Source: Anaerolineales bacterium UBA3001 (GTDB taxonomy: Bacteria; Chloroflexota; Anaerolineae; Anaerolineales; UBA11657). From it: a DNA stretch of 50,794 bases. The notes beneath the pieces were generated by a model. That model did not search any database. It worked only from the letters and a program-made list of their open reading frames with translations, and was not told where the DNA came from. The translations under genes and the position numbers were made by a program. Positions 40,863 through 50,794 of the stretch are shown here, in pieces; positions within the stretch are counted from its first letter, which is position 1, and every line of letters starts with the position of its first letter. The DNA is taken from contig DDZT01000049.1 of NCBI GenBank assembly GCA_002346435.1, positions 9,341-60,134 of the forward strand. The letters are read 5' to 3'.

Positions 40863-43520
40863 TTATTCTGATTCGTGTTTGAGGTTTTTTTCCTTGGCTT
40901 CTTGCAGCTCTGCTGCAGCCAAACGCGCTACTGAAGCAACTGTATCGCCTTCCTTAAGATTTATAAGGCGAGTTCCTTTGGTCGCACGGCCCAAAAGCCT
41001 TATATCTTCAACTTTAGTACGCAATGCTTGACCATTGACAGATATAATTGTGATCTGGTCATCTGGATGTACACTGCGAACCGCTACTATAGGGCCAGTA
41101 ACAGTAGCTACGGCCGTCCGCGATATGGTCGCCACTCCCATAGTTGCCCGACCTTTCGGATTGTACTGCCGCATCTCGGTCCTTTTGCCATACCCGTTGG
41201 ATGTGACAACGAGAAGCTGCCCTCCTTCTGTTACGCTTACAACTCCTGCAATACGGTCGCCTTTCCTAAGATTTATTGCCTTAACTCCTGCTGCTGCTCT
41301 TCCCATACTCCGTACCAAATTGCTATTAAATCGCAGCGCCTGTCCCTGCTCTGTAATAATGATGATGTGCTGTTCTTCCACTGTCAAATGAACCCAACCA
41401 AGAACATCATCGTTCGCCAATTTTATTGCAACCAGACCCGACGGTCTCACAGAATCAAATTGACTTAAGGCAACTCGTTTGGTTTTTCCGTTACGAGTAA
41501 CCATTGTGCAATATTCAGCGTCAGCAAAGCTTGGCACTGGTACTGCAGCGGTTATTCTTTCTTCGGAAGCTAAAGGTAAGATATTGTGTAAAGCTATTCC
41601 TTTGTCGGTACGTCGAGCAGCCGGAATATAAAATGCTTTTTGTGAATATACTTTCCCTTTGTCTGAGAAAAACAGAATAGTTTGTAACGAACGAGCAGAA
41701 AATAGATGTTCTATTTCATCCTCATCTCTCATTCCTTGACCAATAACACCCTTACCTCCCCGACGTTGAGCTCGGAATTCTTGGGGAGGCATACGCTTAA
41801 TGAACCCTCGCGATGTTATAGTAACTAACACGCTTTCATCTGGCACCATATCTTCCATGCTCAATATGTCGCTAGCGCCGTAAGCTATACGAGTAGTGCG
41901 CTCATCGCCGTGCGATTCAACCACATCATTTAAATCATCTTTAATTAATCCTAGGATTTTCTTGGGGTGCGCTAACAAGTCTTCTAGTTGAGCTATTAAT
42001 TCCTTAGTCTGACTATATTCCTCCTCGATTTTCATGCGTTCAAGCGCTGCCAATCGACGAAGCTGTAAATCTAGTATTGCGCCGGCTTGCACATCACTAA
42101 GCTTGAATTTACTAATTAGTTGTTCTCGTGCAACTTCTGCATCTTTCGCCTGGCGAATAGTTTGTATCACCTTGTCTATGTCAGCAATTGCCAGGAGTAG
42201 ACCCTCTAACACATGAGCCCTGTCACGGGCTTTGTCTAAGTCATGTTGTGATCTCCGAGTAATTATTTCCTGGCGATGGCTGATGTACAATTGAAGAGCT
42301 CGTCGTAAGGACAAGAGTCGCGGTTCTCCATCAACCAGAGCCAACAACTGTACAGAGAAACTGCTTTGTAAACTTGTATATTTGTATAGTTGGTTGAGAA
42401 CTGATTGTGGGTGTGCGCCACGCTTCAAAATCACAACTATTCTCATACCATTACGATCCGACTCATCTCGAAGATCAGATATCATCTTAATTCTCCCAGA
42501 TCGAGCCAAATCCGCTATTCTTTCAATAAGACTAGTTTTGTTCAGTTGATAAGGAATTTCTGTTATAACAATACTGTGTCGTGAACCATCAACCTCCTCA
42601 ATTTCTGACAAAGCTCTTATTACCACTTTGCCTTTACCAGTGCTATAAGCCGAAACGATTCCTTCTCCTCCTACTATAACTCCTCCTGTTGGAAAATCCG
42701 GCCCCTTAACAAACACCATAAGTTCTGATACAGAGGCCTCACCCATATCTTTAGCCAAACCATCAAGACTATCAGGTTGTTCTATATCATCAACCTCACT
42801 CTGGTTGTTATCATGCAATATGGCTGATACAACTCCTTCTGCTTGTAGAGTCGACATTCCAAATTTACTGGTCAGAATTGAGGTGGCTTTGTCACTATGT
42901 TTGTCTATTGTTTTTAGAATATCGTCTCGATCAATCAAATAGCGAATTGCATCAGCTAGTTCACGCAAGTTGTGAGGTGGTATATTGGTAGACATACCTA
43001 CCGCTATGCCAGAAGCACCATTCAATAACAGATTAGGTATGCGAGCAGGGAGAACTAAAGGCTCCTGCAGAGATTCGTCAAAGTTGTTGCCCCAATCAAC
43101 CGTGTTTTTAGCAATGTCAAGCAACATCTCTTCTGCTGTAGTGGCAAGTTTTGCCTCTGTGTAACGCATAGCTGCCGGAGCATCGCCGTCAATCGAACCA
43201 AAGTTACCTTGACCATTGACCATTATGTAGCGCATAGAGAAATCCTGCGCCATACGTGCCATAGCGAAATACACCGCCTGATCCCCATGTGGGTGGTATT
43301 TACCAAGCACTTCGCCAACTATTCGAGCAGATTTCTTGAAAGAGGAATTTGATCGTAGTCCCATATCATGCATTGCATATAGTATGCGTCTATGCACTGG
43401 CTTGAGTCCATCCCGAACATCGGGCAGCGCTCTAGCAACTATTACGCTCATAGCGTAATCTAGATACGCAGCACGCATCTGGCCGTTAATATCTGTAGTT
43501 TTCACCAAGCCAATTTCCAT
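40863..43520 (-). CDS. gyrA: DNA gyrase subunit A
   Basis: [24 protein letters not shown] (catalytic Tyr), GPDFPTGG, GyrA-box QRRGGKG, beta-pinwheel repeats. Confidence 0.97.
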   Translation of the reverse strand: MEIGLVKTTDINGQMRAAYLDYAMSVIVARALPDVRDGLKPVHRRILYAMHDMGLRSNSSFKKSARIVGEVLGKYHPHGDQAVYFAMARMAQDFSMRYIMVNGQGNFGSIDGDAPAAMRYTEAKLATTAEEMLLDIAKNTVDWGNNFDESLQEPLVLPARIPNLLLNGASGIAVGMSTNIPPHNLRELADAIRYLIDRDDILKTIDKHSDKATSILTSKFGMSTLQAEGVVSAILHDNNQSEVDDIEQPDSLDGLAKDMGEASVSELMVFVKGPDFPTGGVIVGGEGIVSAYSTGKGKVVIRALSEIEEVDGSRHSIVITEIPYQLNKTSLIERIADLARSGRIKMISDLRDESDRNGMRIVVILKRGAHPQSVLNQLYKYTSLQSSFSVQLLALVDGEPRLLSLRRALQLYISHRQEIITRRSQHDLDKARDRAHVLEGLLLAIADIDKVIQTIRQAKDAEVAREQLISKFKLSDVQAGAILDLQLRRLAALERMKIEEEYSQTKELIAQLEDLLAHPKKILGLIKDDLNDVVESHGDERTTRIAYGASDILSMEDMVPDESVLVTITSRGFIKRMPPQEFRAQRRGGKGVIGQGMRDEDEIEHLFSARSLQTILFFSDKGKVYSQKAFYIPAARRTDKGIALHNILPLASEERITAAVPVPSFADAEYCTMVTRNGKTKRVALSQFDSVRPSGLVAIKLANDDVLGWVHLTVEEQHIIIITEQGQALRFNSNLVRSMGRAAAGVKAINLRKGDRIAGVVSVTEGGQLLVVTSNGYGKRTEMRQYNPKGRATMGVATISRTAVATVTGPIVAVRSVHPDDQITIISVNGQALRTKVEDIRLLGRATKGTRLINLKEGDTVASVARLAAAELQEAKEKNLKHESE

Positions 43521-43829
43521 CTTAATCTCCCTACAATTGCCTACATAGACTTTACAAAACCTTACAATAACCCAGTTTTTCTGTTAGCATCCTATGTTTG
43601 CTAGTGTTATATCAATTCTACCTAAGGAATCCTCATAGAGGAGGCAATCTGCATCGCCAACAATTATACTTGAGGAGCATGTACTGTGCTATCTTGTTAG
43701 AAGCCATATTAATTGGTTTCTACCTTTGTTTGGGTAAAAACATTCATGCTATGTGTATAATAAATTCTAATGCTAGCTTTGAATTTTGTTGTGGCTTTTG
43801 AATAGTTTGGAGCGTATAATACGAACAAA

Positions 43830-45005
43830 ATGTCATACTCATTGGTTGAAAGTATTGTTTCAAAAATTCACGCAACTCAACATAGATTAGTGTATGAGTT
43901 CGCTGGAGCTGGCTCCTTAGCACTTGCTTGGCTCCATAGTCAAGGCGGCTCATCAAAAACTGTGTTAGAGGCGACCGACCGTTATGCAAGCCTATCTACA
44001 ATAGAGCTTCTAGGAAAAACTCCTGACCGATTTGTTGCTTCAAACATAGCAACAGCTATGGCAACTCGAGCTTATCAAAGAGGCTTACGTTTAGGTGCTG
44101 GCGAAACCCCTATAATAGGTATAGGATGCACAGCTACTATTGCTACAGACTACAACAAACGAGGAAAGCATGGATGCCGTATAGCTGTGTTAGACAACAC
44201 AGCACTTTCTCAGTACTCTATAACTTTTGAGAAAGGCGCACGAAATCGAATTGACGAAGAAACACTTGTTAGCAAAATTGTTCTGAATGGGATTGCTAAG
44301 TCTAGTGGTATTAAATCTCTTTTACCTCTTAGTCTTAGAAAGAAAGAAAAAATTATAGCTACGAATATCCCATCATTTGATCCTATAGAAAAACTCCTTT
44401 CAGGCAATACTGATATTGTCAAAGTTCGCTCAGACGGCACCTTGTCTGAGCATAGCAAATTGCACGGTCTTGCTTTCCTTTCCGGCGCTTTTAATCCCTT
44501 TCATATTGGTCACTCTGAACTAGCCAAAGCCGCATCACGCATGCTAGGACGGAATGTGCTGTTTGACCTGTCTGTACAAAATGCAGACAAAGGACAAATT
44601 AGTCATTCTGAAATATGTAGTTTGTTATGTCAATTCCAGTGGCCACATGAAGTAGTTCTGACAAGAGAGCCCTTGTTTGCACAAAAAGCATTATATTTCC
44701 CTAACGCAGTGTTTGTGGTTGGTTACGACACAGCTTTGCGTATTCTACAAAACAAATATTATGGTGGGGACAGCGCAAAGGTGATGGGTTTCTTATCCTC
44801 CTTCAACAAAACAGGTTGCCGTTTTCTGGTAGCAGGACGACACTGGGAAGGGTCTTATCACACAGTAAGTGACCTTAATATACCTGAACAGTTCAAAGGA
44901 CTATTTGACGAACTACCTGAAAACCTGTTCCGTGTCGACACATCATCATCTGCGATAAGACAGATTATTGAATCTTCGCCTGGTTCGAATTTGCCAAAAG
45001 GCTAA
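43830..45005 (+). CDS. Degenerate CinA/PncC-like domain fused to a HIGH-motif nucleotidyltransferase (Pof1/NMNAT-like)
   Basis: GAGSLALAWL...GGSSKTVLEA..Y; GAFNPFHIGH, SVQNADK, VGYDTALRI...KYY, SSSAIR. Confidence 0.72.
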   Translation: MSYSLVESIVSKIHATQHRLVYEFAGAGSLALAWLHSQGGSSKTVLEATDRYASLSTIELLGKTPDRFVASNIATAMATRAYQRGLRLGAGETPIIGIGCTATIATDYNKRGKHGCRIAVLDNTALSQYSITFEKGARNRIDEETLVSKIVLNGIAKSSGIKSLLPLSLRKKEKIIATNIPSFDPIEKLLSGNTDIVKVRSDGTLSEHSKLHGLAFLSGAFNPFHIGHSELAKAASRMLGRNVLFDLSVQNADKGQISHSEICSLLCQFQWPHEVVLTREPLFAQKALYFPNAVFVVGYDTALRILQNKYYGGDSAKVMGFLSSFNKTGCRFLVAGRHWEGSYHTVSDLNIPEQFKGLFDELPENLFRVDTSSSAIRQIIESSPGSNLPKG

Positions 45006-45025
45006 CTGTAGAGCACATTACAACA

Positions 45026-48000
45026 ATGTACAATGTTGTCCTTCTAGCATACCGACGGACCCTGCCACAGATCACTGTAGCATTGTTTGGTTTTTTCTCT
45101 GCCTCTCCTCTTATTAAGACATACATGACTTGTTCAGATGACGGTGTGTTCCACATACACAAAGCTCTAGGACTGGAAACACTTATTAAGCTTGGTCACT
45201 GGTTTCCGCGCTGGACGCCCCATATGGCTCACGGGTTCGGATATCCGCTATACAACTTTTACGCTCCTTTAAGTTCCTATTTTCTAGCGGGTATACACAG
45301 CCTAGGACCTATATATCCTTTGGCTTTACATATAGCTCTTGGTGTCTGCATCATCTTGTCAGGGTTGGCTGTATTTTATCTGGTACGCGATTATTGGGGC
45401 CCATGGTCTGGCCTTACAGCAGCTGTTGTCTATCAAACGTCCCCTTATCTAGCTTTCAACGTCTTGTTTAGAGGGGCTTTGGCAGAAACCATGGCCTTAT
45501 CAATAATGCCAATAGCTGTTTGGGCTATGGACAGAGCACTACGCAACAAATCTACAAAATGGTCTGTAGTTGCTTCCTTAAGTTTTGGCGCATTAATATA
45601 CACTCACAGCGTTACAGCTCTGCTTGTGGCACCTTTGTTGTTTTTTCAAGTTGGTTTTTTATCATATAGAAAACGGGACGTTACGGTGTTTATATTTGGC
45701 GCCATAACGCTTTTGTTCGCAATGTTCCTGAGTGCTAATTTCTGGCTTCCTGCCTTGGTAGAAAGAAATCTAGTAAAAACGGATCAATTACTTGTTCCTC
45801 CAGTATTTTCTTATTACACAAACTTTCTGTCAATTGACGAGCTTCTAGCCGTCCCTAGTGCAACAATGCAACGTCTAGTAAACCCGTCACCCCCCAAAGC
45901 TATAGGTGTTTTTGCGTCATCAGTCGCGATATTAGGAGCTGTGATAATTCTACTCAAGCAGCAGTCTTCAAGTACCAATGGAAATCACTACAAACTAGGA
46001 GGGGCTATAGTTTTCCTAACAGGAATGTTGACTTATGGCTTTCTAACACTACCCATAAGTCGCCCAGCATGGGATTTGCTTCCTCTGTTAAAATTTGTTC
46101 AATTCCCATGGCGTGCACTTGGAGTAACAACTTTGTGTGCTTCTGTATTAGCTGGAGGCATTATTGTATTTTTCCGAAACACAAATGCTGCTATGTTGGC
46201 GTCTGTAACTATTGCGTCCTTGTCACTTATGGCTCACATGTCCTGGTGGTATCCACGCTACTGCACTCCTTTCACAGAAGCTACCTTGGGATCAATCATT
46301 GATTATGAGTATAGCACTTCCACCATAGGCACTTCTGCCAAAGGGGAATTCACTCCTAAAACTACAGATTATTTCCCTGACGACAACTCTTTGGCCGAGG
46401 CTATAAAAAACAACCAGTCGCCCTTAAGACTCACAGGCGCCCCTGACGATGCAATAGTCGAAACCATACAGTCGGACCCTCTTGACCACATTTTAAAAGT
46501 GACTTCTGCCAGTCCGTTTACAGCAACCTACCAAATGATTTACTACTTGGGGTGGAAGGTAAGCATTGATGGCGTACCGACAAATCCAAATATTACTGAC
46601 GGTACAGGATTAATTCAATTTGATGTACCAAGTGGCCAACATGAAATACGAGTGTATTTTGGCAGTACTCCTGTAAGGAGACTGGGGGCAACCTTGTCGA
46701 TAATGGCTTTATGTGTTCTTGCTACTGTTTATGTGTTTACACCTGACAAAAAGTCTCTTAATAAAAACTTGTTCGTTCGGCCGCACAAAATGCATCAAAT
46801 ATGGATCGTACCTTTGTTTTTGTTTGCAGTAAAAGTCACTGTTGTAGATCAAACGAACAATATGTTTCACCGCATGTCAATAGAGCCTACAAATCTTGGT
46901 GTGCCTCTATCAATTAACATGGACAATGGTATGCGTGCTTTGGCATACAGCATATCCCCGGACCAAATTGTAAGCGGTGATACAGTAGAGACCATTGTTT
47001 ATGTTGAAGCCACAAAAACAATGGGTAAGTCTTTTCGTCCTTATTTTTTGCTAAAGGGCGCTGAGGGTACTATTTGGAACCTGATGCCACATGAGACGGT
47101 ACCGCCACGTTGGCACCGCGAGCCTCCGCCCACTCAATACTGGACGCCAGGGCAATATGGGCAGTTTGCTCGACAGTACCAAATTATGCCGGGCACCCCT
47201 CCTGGACAGTACAACTTAACAGTTTCGTTTTTTGACGAATCCACTCTCGAAACAGTTGGTGTTATAGGGTCTTTAGTCACGGATGAAATTGACCTTGGAA
47301 CGGTCTCAATCGTTCGGCCATCAGCAACAGCAAACCTGAACACCTTCACGGTCGATTTTGTTGAGCGTTTAGACTCCCTAACAAACGATATTGAGTTATT
47401 AGGAGTACACATAGACCGACAACAAGCAACTCCGGGTGAAATGTTAACTGTCACGATGTTGTTCCATGCAGCGGAAAATCCTATACACGACGAATTTATT
47501 ACTTTGGGGCTAGACGGTACGTCACTAACTAAACAAGTTGAGCCTACTCCTGGGTTTAGTACATCCATGTGGGAAAAAGGCGACTTATGGGTTGGACAGT
47601 ATTTGATTAGAGTACCTGCCGATACCAATGCTGGAACACATTACTGGACAGTATCTATTTCGCCGGAAAGCAAATTTTATTTAGATTCTATAGACATAAA
47701 AACACCAGGTCGCTTCTACGAAAAACCATCGATTAGGGAAGCATCACAACTGTATTTTGGCAACGACATAATGCTTATAGGTCACGAACATAAAGGTCGT
47801 ACTAAGCAAGGGGCAATACTTGATGTTAAGTTGTTGTGGCAAGCATTGCGCACACCCGATAGATCGCTGAACACATTTGTACATTTAGAAAACACCGATG
47901 GTGCTGTTGTGGCTCAGCATGATGGAATTCCATCTAACTGGTCAAGACCTACTCCAGGATGGTTACCTGAAGAATACATAATGGACACCCACTCAATACT

Positions 48001-48139
48001 GATTACAAACAACATTTTGCCCGGCAACTACCGAGTATATGTTGGTGTGTCGGACAGAAGTACAGGTTTGCGAGAGCCTCACACCACAGAGCTGTCAGCC
48101 GACAACCGAGCTTATATAGGATCTGTTTTAATAAAGTGA
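45026..48139 (+). CDS. GT-C membrane protein (PTPS_related/YfhO-like) with three C-terminal beta-rich repeats
   Basis: DDGVFH, FPRWTP..AHGFGYPLYNFYAPL, RGALAE, QFPWR, YYLGW...DG; three repeat modules containing W..G motifs. Confidence 0.78.
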   Translation: MYNVVLLAYRRTLPQITVALFGFFSASPLIKTYMTCSDDGVFHIHKALGLETLIKLGHWFPRWTPHMAHGFGYPLYNFYAPLSSYFLAGIHSLGPIYPLALHIALGVCIILSGLAVFYLVRDYWGPWSGLTAAVVYQTSPYLAFNVLFRGALAETMALSIMPIAVWAMDRALRNKSTKWSVVASLSFGALIYTHSVTALLVAPLLFFQVGFLSYRKRDVTVFIFGAITLLFAMFLSANFWLPALVERNLVKTDQLLVPPVFSYYTNFLSIDELLAVPSATMQRLVNPSPPKAIGVFASSVAILGAVIILLKQQSSSTNGNHYKLGGAIVFLTGMLTYGFLTLPISRPAWDLLPLLKFVQFPWRALGVTTLCASVLAGGIIVFFRNTNAAMLASVTIASLSLMAHMSWWYPRYCTPFTEATLGSIIDYEYSTSTIGTSAKGEFTPKTTDYFPDDNSLAEAIKNNQSPLRLTGAPDDAIVETIQSDPLDHILKVTSASPFTATYQMIYYLGWKVSIDGVPTNPNITDGTGLIQFDVPSGQHEIRVYFGSTPVRRLGATLSIMALCVLATVYVFTPDKKSLNKNLFVRPHKMHQIWIVPLFLFAVKVTVVDQTNNMFHRMSIEPTNLGVPLSINMDNGMRALAYSISPDQIVSGDTVETIVYVEATKTMGKSFRPYFLLKGAEGTIWNLMPHETVPPRWHREPPPTQYWTPGQYGQFARQYQIMPGTPPGQYNLTVSFFDESTLETVGVIGSLVTDEIDLGTVSIVRPSATANLNTFTVDFVERLDSLTNDIELLGVHIDRQQATPGEMLTVTMLFHAAENPIHDEFITLGLDGTSLTKQVEPTPGFSTSMWEKGDLWVGQYLIRVPADTNAGTHYWTVSISPESKFYLDSIDIKTPGRFYEKPSIREASQLYFGNDIMLIGHEHKGRTKQGAILDVKLLWQALRTPDRSLNTFVHLENTDGAVVAQHDGIPSNWSRPTPGWLPEEYIMDTHSILITNNILPGNYRVYVGVSDRSTGLREPHTTELSADNRAYIGSVLIK

Positions 48140-48154
48140 TAAATATGGTTTTAG

Positions 48155-50794
48155 CTATCTTGTTATTGTTTGCCGCACTGTGAATTCGCCTAGTGTGAGC
48201 AAGTTGTTTTGTGATGAAAGTATCTCGCTTTCTACTCTCATCCTTTCTAAAGAAGGCCACTGATACCATCCTACATCAATTGTATGTTTTCCAGTCAATG
48301 TGTCTTCTGGAATAGGAACAACTATTGTATAGGCCACAATTTGTCCCGGAGACCACCTCTCTGTTGGAAATCCACCCACCATTGGTTGTTGGTCAACTCC
48401 TGACACTATTTGGTTGTCAGGACCTCGAATATGCACAAAATTCGTCCAATTAGTATTCATTTTTTCGTCTGCGCTCCAATATAACGTCACTCGCAGAGGG
48501 TTTCCTGCCTCTAGATCAGTTTGCCAGTAACTATTGAGTAAGTTTATGTTTTTCCCAAACTGTCCTTGGTTTGGGATTAAGTTTTGCACAGGAATTATCT
48601 CTATTTCTTGTACCCCAGCGCTTATCATGCGTTTATCTGACATGCTTGGATCGCATTCTGTTTTGACAACAAAAGCACCTGACAAAGGTGTTCCCCCTGC
48701 ACATCGTAGGTCTCCAACATAAGCTCGTGATCCACTAACATCAACTAACTCTACTAAGTTTAGGCCAGCATCAAGGGAAAATGTCGGTGTTTGGAATTCG
48801 AGCCAATCACCTGCTGATATCTCAGTAACAAGTTCACCGTTCACCTTAACAGCAACCACATGTGGTTCCAGTTCTGGTATTAGCGTCATACTAAGCATGG
48901 CTTCCTGCCCTAATGAACTATATACATAAACTTCACCATTGCCATAAAACCACCTAGCTGGTGTGTTGTTCCAGTTTTCTACTGGATGCCAATTGGAACC
49001 CAGTGTATAAACCATGTCCAACCTAGATGTTGTATCAAATGTTGTATCAAAAGTATCCGAAAGAGCAAAGAGTGCAATCTTTTCATCTACAGAAACTGGT
49101 GGTCCCAACAGCATCTCTAAGTTCTCTGGCCATTGCAAGCCTATATTGCTATCTAAATTTTGGTATGTTACCCACTTGGTGTCATAACGCCTTAACACAG
49201 CTCTTCTTTCGTGATTTGTGGGTAATCTAACAATATCCAGTTGAGTCACACCTGTTTCAACAACAATTTCCTGAAGAAACCGCTGTATGGTGTTGCGTTT
49301 TGGCATGTCACGGAACAAACGTCCCCCTATTATTGGTTGTTCATTAATGGTTTGACCAAACAAAGCTTCGGTAGCTGAGCTGTTTGTGACAGGCAAAGGC
49401 AGAACAGCGCCTGTTTCTGTTTTCGCGACTGTATGCACTTTTCTGGATTCAGTGCCTGTCAAAGGAAAAGGGAAAACAACAAGGTATTCCAAAAATATAA
49501 TTGTTGTCAACACGAAGGTAATGATCAGTCTGTGCCATTTAGCCTTAAATCTATCAATAAGAATTGCAGCACCATATGCTACCAGAATCGCTAACACTAA
49601 GTGAGTGGTGGCATGTAACCTTGCTGGAGTACGGCTCCATTCAAAAAACGGCAGGTTTGCCAAAAGCGCATAAGGTAGAACTATTGGACTGCTTATATTA
49701 TCAATTTGGGTTTCAACGACCCTGCCTCCTATTTTTAGCAATGGCCCCAGAGATAAAACCATGGTTGTTACGCCTAACACTAGCCATCGGACCAAAGATC
49801 CATAACCCTTATAAATCGCCAGAAATGCCAACATTAATGGGAAAAAACCCAAGTACGCTATACTCTCGCTGAAAGTAATGTTTACTGCACCTGACAAGTC
49901 CCGTATACCAGGGAAAGCCATTGCAATAGGATTGTTAGGCGCTGGCAGGAAAAAAGATAACAAATCTACAGAGAATCCTACAAGTCCTGTCACTGGCATA
50001 TAATCAATTTCGCCTCTTGCAGCTTGCTTCAACACAGCAAAATATGCAACATACAAAAACACCGAGAATACAGCTATAGAGCTCCCAAAAGCGACAACTC
50101 GGTTGCGCGACCAGTATTTAGGCGCTTTGTTTTTCCAATCAACTGCAACCATCAATATAGTTACTGGCAACAAAAAATACGCTACGTGCACCATATGTAC
50201 ACTAGCTACCAATACCGCAAAAACCCCTACCATAACACCTGATCTAAGTGTAGGTTTGTCCAGTGCGCGCAATAGATACAACACATATAAAGGTAGCCAA
50301 AACACGGCCACCTGATAAAGGTGTCCGCTCAAAGCGTGCCCCATCTTGTTTGGAAAAAAAGCCCATACGACCCCGCACACCACCGAAGCCAACCTACTCC
50401 CTGTTAAATTAAGGCCAAGCAAATATGCAGTTACCCCTGAAAACGCCAAAGACATTAACATTGTAATGTTGTACGCAGTTATTGCCCCATATGATGCAGC
50501 AAACGGTAAAGCTAGCAAATGTGCTCCTATCTGGGTGTGAAGAAGAGACAAGGTAAGTCCGTGTGGATGAAACAACAACGGTATGGTTGATATCGTAAGG
50601 GATGGGTTAAACACTGTCTTCTTAAGCCACCATATTAACCACATCATTTCATAAGAATCGCCTTCTGGATACCCTATTAGAGTGTTGTGAATGTTGGTGA
50701 CCAACGGGTATGTTGCTAGACAAGACAACAAGACCATACCCACAAACACGGCCAGTGTTGTCTTTGCTTTATTGTTGGTTGTAATGTGATCCTT
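48155..50794 (-). CDS. GT-C membrane protein (YfhO-like) with one C-terminal beta-rich repeat; 5' end beyond the window
   Basis: GDSYEMMW.IWW, FHPHG, YLGF, LSLGP, RTPAR, VLPLP; frame is open to the window edge. Confidence 0.72.
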   Translation of the reverse strand, partial: KDHITTNNKAKTTLAVFVGMVLLSCLATYPLVTNIHNTLIGYPEGDSYEMMWLIWWLKKTVFNPSLTISTIPLLFHPHGLTLSLLHTQIGAHLLALPFAASYGAITAYNITMLMSLAFSGVTAYLLGLNLTGSRLASVVCGVVWAFFPNKMGHALSGHLYQVAVFWLPLYVLYLLRALDKPTLRSGVMVGVFAVLVASVHMVHVAYFLLPVTILMVAVDWKNKAPKYWSRNRVVAFGSSIAVFSVFLYVAYFAVLKQAARGEIDYMPVTGLVGFSVDLLSFFLPAPNNPIAMAFPGIRDLSGAVNITFSESIAYLGFFPLMLAFLAIYKGYGSLVRWLVLGVTTMVLSLGPLLKIGGRVVETQIDNISSPIVLPYALLANLPFFEWSRTPARLHATTHLVLAILVAYGAAILIDRFKAKWHRLIITFVLTTIIFLEYLVVFPFPLTGTESRKVHTVAKTETGAVLPLPVTNSSATEALFGQTINEQPIIGGRLFRDMPKRNTIQRFLQEIVVETGVTQLDIVRLPTNHERRAVLRRYDTKWVTYQNLDSNIGLQWPENLEMLLGPPVSVDEKIALFALSDTFDTTFDTTSRLDMVYTLGSNWHPVENWNNTPARWFYGNGEVYVYSSLGQEAMLSMTLIPELEPHVVAVKVNGELVTEISAGDWLEFQTPTFSLDAGLNLVELVDVSGSRAYVGDLRCAGGTPLSGAFVVKTECDPSMSDKRMISAGVQEIEIIPVQNLIPNQGQFGKNINLLNSYWQTDLEAGNPLRVTLYWSADEKMNTNWTNFVHIRGPDNQIVSGVDQQPMVGGFPTERWSPGQIVAYTIVVPIPEDTLTGKHTIDVGWYQWPSLERMRVESEILSSQNNLLTLGEFTVRQTITR
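49027..49050. repeat. In-frame 12-bp tandem duplication (TFDT-TFDT)
   Basis: ATGTTGTATCAA x2. Confidence 0.75.

Noticed and set aside
42745-42932. GyrA insertion as an intein
   Set aside because: Too short, no Cys/Ser start or His-Asn end, and the AAMRYTEA region is uninterrupted.
43521-43829. ncRNA or 67/81-aa ORFs in the gyrA divergent intergenic region (hairpin TAGAAGCCA-N7-TGGTTTCTA near 43698-43722)
   Set aside because: Only short isolated stems, no recognisable RNA family, and the ORFs do not look protein-like.
45026-46300. 6-pyruvoyl-tetrahydropterin synthase function linking this gene to folate or queuosine genes
   Set aside because: PTPS_related is a historical family name; the sequence is a multi-TM GT-C-type protein with no T-fold motif.

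Overview
Gene-dense, AT-rich (roughly 40% GC by eye) bacterial core-genome window. Gene content and protein styles suggest a Chloroflexota (Anaerolineae-like) organism; this is inference. About 38 CDSs: folate genes (folK, folC, folP), translation and tRNA-modification genes (two S1 paralogues, rpsU, infA, rplS, miaB, queG), gyrA, uvrA, rel, pyrG, trxA, and many envelope genes (rmd-gmd-PMM, a GT4, four large GT-C-type membrane proteins, an O-antigen-ligase-like protein, LysM and SH3 proteins, a PBP-like hydrolase, a lipoprotein glycoside hydrolase). I saw no tRNA, rRNA, CRISPR array, transposase, integrase or phage genes. Best leads: (1) a GT-C glycosylation toolkit sharing a repeated uncharacterised C-terminal module; (2) a ~55-60 aa GyrA insertion resembling the protein's own C-gate helices; (3) a structured leader with uORF and terminator before S1-rpsU-infA; (4) a full-length SbnI-like serine kinase in front of folK-folC; (5) a degenerate CinA fused to a Pof1-like nucleotidyltransferase; (6) an SH3/duplicated-domain protein paired with an (alpha/alpha)6 glycosidase. 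All assignments come from motif recognition, without database searches.
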